In this document: piece by piece, positions 8,518 through 14,963 of the stretch
Numbering within the stretch: position 1 is the stretch's first letter
Layout: each line of letters opens with the position of its first letter
Assembly: GCA_001029695.1 (NCBI GenBank)
Contig: CP011211.1
Span: 780,001-812,000 of the forward strand
Source of the DNA: Candidatus Saccharimonadota bacterium
Lineage (GTDB): Bacteria; Patescibacteriota; Saccharimonadia; Saccharimonadales; Saccharimonadaceae
Length of the DNA stretch: 32,000 nt
Direction: 5' to 3'
Program-made: the position numbers and the translations under genes
Notes under the pieces: model-generated
Seen by the model: the letters and a program-made list of their open reading frames with translations, nothing else
What the model was told of the DNA's origin: nothing
Database searches by the model: none

Positions 8518-9150
8518 ATGAGCAAACAGCGAGCAGTCTTGGGTGTTTCAAAGGGTTTTACTATTGTGGAATTATTGATTGTTATCGTAGTGATCGGTAT
8601 ATTGGCGGCTATTACGATCGTATCGTTTAGTGGGGTGCAGCAGCGTGCTCGCAATGCATCAATTACATCTATGGTAAGTACATACGAACATGCACTCGCC
8701 GCTTATGCTGCCGAAAACAGTAAATATCCCGATTTCTTTGGTGCAGTATGTATAGGTGAGGGGTACGATAACTTTGATAGTACACCTGGCGGTGACTGTG
8801 GTGATGTGAGTAAGCCAGGGGAGATTGTCCATGAGAACGCAGCCTTTAACACTCAAATGAAGACGGTTATCACTACGTTGCCAAAGGTGAGTAGCTTTAC
8901 TGTTCCGACAACTTTCTCTGCTGCGGATCCGTGGGTGGGGGCAACATTGACGAACTGGTCAGGGTTTATCGTTGACGGTACTCCACGACCTTATTTTATA
9001 AAGTATACTTTGTTCGGCGAGAATCAAAATTGTGGCTTGCAGGCGGTAAATGGCGACGGCTTCCCGAATGTCGCTTCAACAAATCCAGCCGGAAACTTTA
9101 CTTGGAGCGCAGGATCGACAACATGTATCATCGCTCTTCCAAATGTATAG
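8518..9150 (+). CDS. type IV pilin (class III signal peptide), orphan locus
   Basis: The N-terminus reads MSKQRAVLGVSKG|FTIVELLIVIVVIGILAAI, with Gly-1, Phe+1 and Glu+5 followed by a hydrophobic helix. Four Cys form two plausible disulfide pairs (VCIGEG..GDCGD and NQNCG..TTCII). Confidence 0.9.
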   Translation: MSKQRAVLGVSKGFTIVELLIVIVVIGILAAITIVSFSGVQQRARNASITSMVSTYEHALAAYAAENSKYPDFFGAVCIGEGYDNFDSTPGGDCGDVSKPGEIVHENAAFNTQMKTVITTLPKVSSFTVPTTFSAADPWVGATLTNWSGFIVDGTPRPYFIKYTLFGENQNCGLQAVNGDGFPNVASTNPAGNFTWSAGSTTCIIALPNV

Positions 9151-9205
9151 CCTGCCTCTAGTAATATGTACCGTATAATGGTATAATTAAAGGGTTATTA
9201 ACTCT

Positions 9206-9226
9206 GCTTACACGATGAATGTAAGC
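9206..9226 (+). promoter_or_regulatory. hairpin in the rpsF-ssb-rpsR leader (candidate S6:S18 autoregulatory element)
   Basis: GCTTACA (9206-9212) pairs with TGTAAGC (9220-9226) around a 7-nt loop. It lies between the TGGTATAAT box (9179-9187) and the GGAGG SD of rpsF. Confidence 0.35.
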
Positions 9227-9255
9227 ATCCAAACGGATTCCAGAGGAGGAAATCT

Positions 9256-9609
9256 ATGAAAGAATACGAACTAACTGTTCTGATTCACCCTGATCTTGAG
9301 GCAGACATTGAGACGCCACTTGCGAAAATTCGCGATATTATCAAGACGGCAGGTGGTGAGATCACTACTGAAGATAACTGGGGTAAAAAGAAGCTTGCCT
9401 ACAAGATCAATAAAGAAGATTTTGCAGTGTACGTCTACTTTGATGTAAAGCTTCCAGCTGATGCACCACTAAAGATCAGCAACATCTTCAACATTACTGA
9501 AGAAGTGATTCGTTACCTTCTTGTTACTGTCGATGAAAAAGGCCGTAAGGCAATCGAAGAAGACAAAAAGCGTGCTTCATCTCGTGAAGACGACTCACGC
9601 GAAGATTAA
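9256..9609 (+). CDS. rpsF: 30S ribosomal protein bS6
   Basis: The N-terminus MKEYELTVLIHPDLE is typical of S6, and the C-terminal tail is acidic. A GGAGG SD precedes it, and it sits in the conserved rpsF-ssb-rpsR order. Confidence 0.93.
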   Translation: MKEYELTVLIHPDLEADIETPLAKIRDIIKTAGGEITTEDNWGKKKLAYKINKEDFAVYVYFDVKLPADAPLKISNIFNITEEVIRYLLVTVDEKGRKAIEEDKKRASSREDDSRED

Positions 9610-9639
9610 TTAACGAGTTAAACGAGGGGAAATAGGGAT

Positions 9640-10077
9640 ATGGCACGAGGAATTAACCAAGTAATACTAATGGGACGCCTCACTCGCGATCCTGAGACAC
9701 GTACAACTCCAAGCGGTAAGACTGTAACGAGCTTTAGTCTAGCAGTTGATCGCCAAGGTCAAGATGACCAAGCAGACTTCTTTGATGTTACTGCATGGGA
9801 AAAGACAGGCGAGCTTGTAGCTCAGTATCTTACGAAAGGTCGCCGCGCACTCGTGCAGGGTCGTCTTCGTCAGGACAGCTGGGATGACAAAGAGACAGGC
9901 AAAAAGCGTACTCGTGTAGAAGTTGTCGCATTTGACGTTACGTTCCTAGATGGACCAAGCGGTGACAACGGCGGCTCCCAGAGCTCATCAAACGATTCAG
10001 GTAGCAAAAAGTCTGACGATGTCGTTATCCAGGATATCGACGATAAGCCAATCGATTTGAGCGAGATTCCTTTCTAG
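9640..10077 (+). CDS. ssb: single-stranded DNA-binding protein
   Basis: The OB-fold N-terminus reads INQVILMGRLTRDPETRTTPSGKTVTSFSLAV. A Gly/Ser-rich linker follows, ending in the acidic tip DLSEIPF. Confidence 0.93.
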   Translation: MARGINQVILMGRLTRDPETRTTPSGKTVTSFSLAVDRQGQDDQADFFDVTAWEKTGELVAQYLTKGRRALVQGRLRQDSWDDKETGKKRTRVEVVAFDVTFLDGPSGDNGGSQSSSNDSGSKKSDDVVIQDIDDKPIDLSEIPF

Positions 10078-10160
10078 GAATAGAGCTTTTCATTAGTATT
10101 TGAAACACTTTTAATAATATTTGAGTATATGCGGTATGCGACTCAAGAAAGGAACTTTAC

Positions 10161-10370
10161 ATGGCACTAAATAATAAACGATTCAAGAAAGATACGCCTG
10201 CGTATTTTGACTACAAAGACGTTAAGACGCTTCAGCGTTTTATCAATATGTATGGTCAGATCGAACCAATCTCAAAGACTGGTCTTTCAGCTAAGCAGCA
10301 GCGTCAGCTTGCTGTAGCAATCAAGCGTGCACGTCACTTGGCACTTATGCCTTTTGTGACTCAGGGCTAA
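10161..10370 (+). CDS. rpsR: 30S ribosomal protein bS18
   Basis: The sequence [14 protein letters not shown]...[26 protein letters not shown] is typical of S18. Confidence 0.93.
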   Translation: MALNNKRFKKDTPAYFDYKDVKTLQRFINMYGQIEPISKTGLSAKQQRQLAVAIKRARHLALMPFVTQG

Positions 10371-10486
10371 TTGGAGCATGGAAGGTGGTCATTGGCCGAA
10401 TGTGTCGAAAGGCTCGTTTGGCCAGTAGCCATACTCCAAGTTCTAATCATATTACTTTATAACAACAAACTCGGAGATGTTTAACA

Positions 10487-11047
10487 ATGTACCAACCAAC
10501 TGATCTTAAAAAAGGTATTGTATGTCAGATTGACGGCAAGCCATATCGTGTGACCGACTATAACCAAAAGGTGATGGGTCGCGGTGGTAGTATCGTGAAT
10601 GTAAAGCTTAAAAATCTCATTGACGGTAGTGTTATCCCAAAGACATTTAAGGGGCAGGAAAAGATTGAACGTGCGGAAGTGAATAACAAAACAGTTCAGT
10701 ATCTTTATGCCGATGGTGATGATTTCCACTTTATGGACCCACAGACATTTGAGCAGTTTCAGCTATCTTCTGAGGTGGTTGATAGTGCGGCGAACTTCTT
10801 AAAGGAAGGTGATGAGCTAAATCTACAGCTGTTTGACGAGCGAGTGATCAATGTCGAGCTCCCAAAAAATGTCTACCTTGAGGTGACGTATTCGGAAGAT
10901 GTTGTAAAGGGTGATACGACAAGTAGTGTTCTAAAAGACGCAACACTTGAAACGGGATATGTCACTAAAGTTCCTGCATTTATCAAAACTGGTGATGTTG
11001 TTTCTGTTGATACAACAACTGGTGAATATCGCGAACGCAAAAAATAG
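10487..11047 (+). CDS. efp: elongation factor P (Arg at the beta3-beta4 loop tip)
   Basis: KKGIVCQIDGKPYRVTDYNQKVMGRGGSIVNVKLKNL is followed by the three-domain EF-P layout. The tip residue is Arg32 (CGC, 10580-10582). Confidence 0.93.
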   Translation: MYQPTDLKKGIVCQIDGKPYRVTDYNQKVMGRGGSIVNVKLKNLIDGSVIPKTFKGQEKIERAEVNNKTVQYLYADGDDFHFMDPQTFEQFQLSSEVVDSAANFLKEGDELNLQLFDERVINVELPKNVYLEVTYSEDVVKGDTTSSVLKDATLETGYVTKVPAFIKTGDVVSVDTTTGEYRERKK

Positions 11048-11174
11048 CAGAGACTATCTGACTTTACTAATACTGTATATAATGATATTATATACAAACG
11101 TTTAATGGGATTTATCCCTTAAGCATGCACATCGTATACGGATGTTTCCGCATACGAACAATTCGAACTGAAAG

Positions 11175-12353
11175 GTGCTTGATGTGTCACTTCGCTGTCG
11201 TATCTATGTGATCTTTGCATCAGTGCTGCTGTTGGTCTTCGGCTCACTCGGCTTTGGGTCTGTTGCTAACGCAACGCCATCACTTGCGCCATCTCCGACC
11301 GGAGATAGCTACTTGGACCTATGGCCTCGGGCGAATACTTCAATGCAAAACGGTGAGATACTTTCGTCTCGCTCGGTCGCTTTGACTGGTCCGTTGGTCG
11401 TAACGATCAATCCGAAGGTCTGGCAGTTATGGTTCAAGACCACTACTGCAGATGGTCGGCCGACTACAGCTCTGACGACGGTTCTCAAACCAGCAAACTG
11501 GAATGGGAGTGTTGTCAGTAATAACTACGCTATTGATGGGCTAGGGTTGAAGTGCAACCCGTCGTATCAGCTGACTCGTGGATTTGCTGTCGAAGTGCCT
11601 GATATTACAAGACAATTGCTTGCTCGTGGGTACGCGGTCGTGATGACCGACTACCAAGGAGGCTCTATGGCTTATGGGCATGGACCAACGCAGGCACCAA
11701 TTGTTCTTGATGGTATTCGAGCAGCACTTGGATTTTCAGCAGCCGGATTGCAGGGCAGTACTGTTGCAATGACTGGGTATAGCGGTGGCGCAATTGCTAC
11801 CGGATGGGCAGCTCAGTTGCAGCCAGCTTACGCACCGGAGCTTGCATTAGCAGGTGTCGTCATGGGCGGAACGCCTGCAGATTTGAGTTTGTTAGATGAA
11901 TACATGGATGGCAAGGTGCCTGCATCTGGCCTGTATCTATTGGCGGCGCTTGGTGTTGCTCGTGTAACAGCTGGAGCACCTGATCTGTTGAATCCAATTG
12001 GTGTTCAGTTGGCGCAAGGATTTAAGGATTCATGTGTCGAGATGGGGTTTATTGCTGGTGTTTTGCCGCTACCACTCTCGACATTTACAAGCCAGGGTCT
12101 CTATGACAATGATGTAGTACGGCAAGTACTGCATGATACAAGGATGGGAGGTATTGCCCCGACGGTTCCTGTACTGCTATTCCATGGACAGTATGATCTC
12201 TGGGTCCCAATAGCGGGAGCAGAGACGCTGTACGATGATTGGACTAACCTGGGAGCGGATGTTTCATTTCTCGTCGTGCCAGGTGAGCATATAACTGGTG
12301 CATTTGATCCGCGCCCACTTGATCAGCTTGATGAGTGGCTGCAGATGAAGTGA
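11175..12353 (+). CDS. secreted lipase, LIP (secretory lipase) family, alpha/beta hydrolase
   Basis: An N-terminal signal-like segment (VIFASVLLLVFGSLGFGSVANA) is present. The nucleophile elbow GYSGGAIATGWAAQLQPAYAPEL and the upstream DYQGG...YGHGPTQAPIVLDGIRAA block are characteristic of the LIP family. The GTG start at 11175 is tentative. Confidence 0.8.
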   Translation: MLDVSLRCRIYVIFASVLLLVFGSLGFGSVANATPSLAPSPTGDSYLDLWPRANTSMQNGEILSSRSVALTGPLVVTINPKVWQLWFKTTTADGRPTTALTTVLKPANWNGSVVSNNYAIDGLGLKCNPSYQLTRGFAVEVPDITRQLLARGYAVVMTDYQGGSMAYGHGPTQAPIVLDGIRAALGFSAAGLQGSTVAMTGYSGGAIATGWAAQLQPAYAPELALAGVVMGGTPADLSLLDEYMDGKVPASGLYLLAALGVARVTAGAPDLLNPIGVQLAQGFKDSCVEMGFIAGVLPLPLSTFTSQGLYDNDVVRQVLHDTRMGGIAPTVPVLLFHGQYDLWVPIAGAETLYDDWTNLGADVSFLVVPGEHITGAFDPRPLDQLDEWLQMK

Positions 12354-12377
12354 TGCTCGGCTAACAGTTCGAATGTG

Positions 12378-12436
12378 CCCCCCCGCGGTGCGATATGGTA
12401 GAGAAATCTATGATATCGCACCGCCGGGGCTTTTTC
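12378..12436 (+). terminator. strong rho-independent terminator after the lipase gene
   Basis: CCCCGCGGTGCGATAT (12381-12396) pairs with ATATCGCACCGCCGGGG (12413-12429) with one bulge. It is followed by CTTTTTCTTT. Confidence 0.85.
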
Positions 12437-12452
12437 TTTGTTACACTAAAAG

Positions 12453-13181
12453 GTGATTATGACTAAACTAAGACTCGATACATATCTTGCGTATAAAAAA
12501 CTTGTTCCTACGCGTTCGCAAGCTGAGGGTGCTATTAAATTGGGCTCAGTGACAATAAACGGTAAAGTAGTGACAAAACCTGGGACATTTGTCCCTGAAA
12601 ATGCTGTAGTTCGTCTTAATGAAGCGGAGCGTTACGTCTCGCGTGCAGGCCTGAAGCTAGCAAGTGTCGCGCAGATACTAAAACTTGATTTTAGAGACAA
12701 GACAGTACTTGATGTCGGTAGTAGTACGGGCGGGTTTACTGACTACGCGTTGCAGCATGGTGCGAAAAAAGTGTACGCAATTGATGTCGGTACTGATCAG
12801 TTGCATCCATCATTGCGTCGAAATAGCGCGATTGAGTTGCACGAAAAAACTGATATTCGTGACTTCTATTTAGAAGATAAGCCAGATATTGTCGTAATCG
12901 ACGTATCATTCATTAGTCTTCGTGAAATTTTACCGCACCTAGCGCGTGAACTTACGAGTAATTCAACACACATTGCTGCGATGCTAAAACCACAGTTTGA
13001 GGCAGGGAAGGATCAGACCAATAAAGGGATTATCAAAAATGATGCAGTGCGACGCCAGATACTTAGAGATTTTGAACAATGGGCAAAGCAATATTTTGTG
13101 ATCGTAGACAAGCGCGATAGTGATGTTGCTGGTGCTAAAGGCAACCAGGAACGATTTTACCTGCTAAAAACTATACGTTAA
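12453..13181 (+). CDS. tlyA: TlyA-family rRNA 2'-O-methyltransferase (S4 domain + FtsJ-like MTase)
   Basis: The S4-like N-terminus reads LDTYLAYKKLVPTRSQAEGAIKLGSVTINGK, and the SAM motif is VLDVGSSTGGFTDYAL. The ATG at 12459 after AAAGGTGA is the more likely start. Confidence 0.88.
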   Translation: MIMTKLRLDTYLAYKKLVPTRSQAEGAIKLGSVTINGKVVTKPGTFVPENAVVRLNEAERYVSRAGLKLASVAQILKLDFRDKTVLDVGSSTGGFTDYALQHGAKKVYAIDVGTDQLHPSLRRNSAIELHEKTDIRDFYLEDKPDIVVIDVSFISLREILPHLARELTSNSTHIAAMLKPQFEAGKDQTNKGIIKNDAVRRQILRDFEQWAKQYFVIVDKRDSDVAGAKGNQERFYLLKTIR

Positions 13182-14250
13182 AGCGAAACTCGACAACATC
13201 GCCTGGTTGCATGACGTATGTCTTGCCTTCGGTCCGCATTTTACCAGCTGCTTTGGCAGCTGTTTCGCTCCCTGCTGTTATGAGGTCATCAAAATCAACG
13301 ACTTGTGCGGCGATAAATCCGCGCTCGAAGTCTGTATGTATGACGCCCGCTGCTTGCGGCGCAGTGTTGCCTTTGTGGATTGTCCAGGCGCGCACTTCTT
13401 TTGGCCCTGCGGTAAGATAACTTTGTAAGCCAAGGGTGTCGTAGGCGGCATGGATCATTTGCTGCAAGCCTGTCTCTTGAACTCCGTAGCTTTCAAGTAA
13501 TTCAGTGGCGTCTTCTTGAGTGAGTCCTTTTATTTCGTCTTCAAGCTTTGCGCATACAAAAAGTGTTCGGGCTGGCTGGACGAGTGCAGATAGTTCGCTT
13601 TTACGCGCTTCGTCTGTGAGCGTAGCTTCGTCAACGTTAAATGCGTATATAACTGGCTTGGCTGTTAGAAGGTGGAGGTCACCGATATGATCCTGATCGA
13701 GGTCGTCGAGTTGAGAGAGTGGCGTGCCCGCTTGAAGATGGGCGAGAAGTGACTGGAGGTATTCGAGTGCTGTTTTGGCGGCAGGTTTTGCTTTTGACTC
13801 TTTTTGGAGTTTTGGAAGTCGATTTTCGATTGTTTGGATATCGGCAAGGATCAATTCGGTATTGATAATCTCGATATCGTCGCGAGGGTCTACCTTGTCT
13901 GATACATGCACGACATCATCGTCGTGAAAGGCTCGAACGATATGAACAATTGCGTCGCACTGACGAATGTTTGCGAGGAACTTATTTCCAAGACCTTCAC
14001 CTTTGCTGGCGCCCGCAACGAGTCCGGCAATATCAACAAAAGTAACAGTCGCTGGAAGCAGCTTGGTTGAACCGTACAAATCGGCGAGCTTCTGGAGTCG
14101 ATCGTCAGGGACGGGGACGATACCAGTATTTGGTTCGATAGTTGCAAAAGGGTAATTTGCAGCCAATATGTCCGCATTCGTAAGTGCGTTGAACAGTGTT
14201 GATTTGCCGACGTTTGGTAGGCCGACAATACCTATTTGAAGTGAACTCAT
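13171..14250 (-). CDS. ychF: ribosome-binding ATPase YchF (Obg-family P-loop protein)
   Basis: The P-loop GIVGLPNVGKSTLFNALT, a helical insertion and a TGS-like C-terminus ending VVEFRFNV are present. The 3' end overlaps tlyA by 11 nt in convergent orientation. Confidence 0.93.
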   Translation of the reverse strand: MSSLQIGIVGLPNVGKSTLFNALTNADILAANYPFATIEPNTGIVPVPDDRLQKLADLYGSTKLLPATVTFVDIAGLVAGASKGEGLGNKFLANIRQCDAIVHIVRAFHDDDVVHVSDKVDPRDDIEIINTELILADIQTIENRLPKLQKESKAKPAAKTALEYLQSLLAHLQAGTPLSQLDDLDQDHIGDLHLLTAKPVIYAFNVDEATLTDEARKSELSALVQPARTLFVCAKLEDEIKGLTQEDATELLESYGVQETGLQQMIHAAYDTLGLQSYLTAGPKEVRAWTIHKGNTAPQAAGVIHTDFERGFIAAQVVDFDDLITAGSETAAKAAGKMRTEGKTYVMQPGDVVEFRFNV

Positions 14251-14354
14251 AAAGCTAGTTTAACAGATGGAGCGTATTAACTCTAGGGGTGGCTTGTGCT
14301 GATGTAAGAGATACATTATACTGACAATTAACAATAAGCATATTAGGGTAGGCT

Positions 14355-14954
14355 ATGAATAAAAAAACAAAACAGTTCAATCTATGGCTGAAAGAGTACA
14401 AAAAAGCGATTATTATATGTGTATCTCTAGTTGTTGTGCTTGGCGCCGGTGTTTTTGGTGCACTATACTATTTTAATATCATCGGCGGTACATCCGAGGG
14501 TGGTCAGCCAGAGAGTCAAGAAGTAGTGCAAGCACGAGTTGAGCAGTCTAAAAAAGACGGTAAGCTTCGCGATGAGGCGGCATCAGCAGCTAAAGCTGGC
14601 GATACTGCCAAGTCAGCAGAGGTTTACAAGCAGGCTGTTGAGGCAGAACCGAACGTTGAAAGGAAAGTACAACTTCAGTTGGATCAATCGGGTGTTCTAT
14701 ATGCAGCCGGTAAATATGACGAGGCAATTGCTGCGGCAAAAGTGGCAGATGCGTTTAGTGAAGACAAGTTCTTGCTTGCTGATTGGCTTTCACGCTTGTA
14801 TGAAGCTCGACAAAATTATCCTGAGGCAATTAAATACTATAAGCTGGCTGGCGACTGGGCGAAAAGTGGCAGTAATAAAACGGGTATATCAAAAGAGCAA
14901 TTTTATGCTGAGGCTGTACGTGTTCAAACCTTAGTAAAGACAGGGAAAGAGTAG
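14355..14954 (+). CDS. membrane-anchored TPR-like repeat protein
   Basis: The N-terminal TM is AIIICVSLVVVLGAGVFGALYYF. TPR-like helical pairs follow (AGKYDEAIAAAKVA and RQNYPEAIKYYKLAGDW). The stop lies 9 nt before the VWA gene. Confidence 0.7.
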   Translation: MNKKTKQFNLWLKEYKKAIIICVSLVVVLGAGVFGALYYFNIIGGTSEGGQPESQEVVQARVEQSKKDGKLRDEAASAAKAGDTAKSAEVYKQAVEAEPNVERKVQLQLDQSGVLYAAGKYDEAIAAAKVADAFSEDKFLLADWLSRLYEARQNYPEAIKYYKLAGDWAKSGSNKTGISKEQFYAEAVRVQTLVKTGKE

Positions 14955-14963
14955 GGCTATTTT

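Noticed and set aside
10371-10486. The rpsR-efp spacer, containing TGGCC...GGCCA complementarity and a 16-codon mini-ORF (ATG at 10379)
   Set aside because: The stem is only 5 bp with a ~22-nt loop and no T-run. The mini-ORF has no SD. This is insufficient to call an ncRNA, terminator or peptide.
14539-14934. 131-aa alternative-frame ORF inside the TPR gene
   Set aside because: It is on the same strand and nested in the 14355..14954 gene, which has a proper SD, TM helix and TPR-like repeats.
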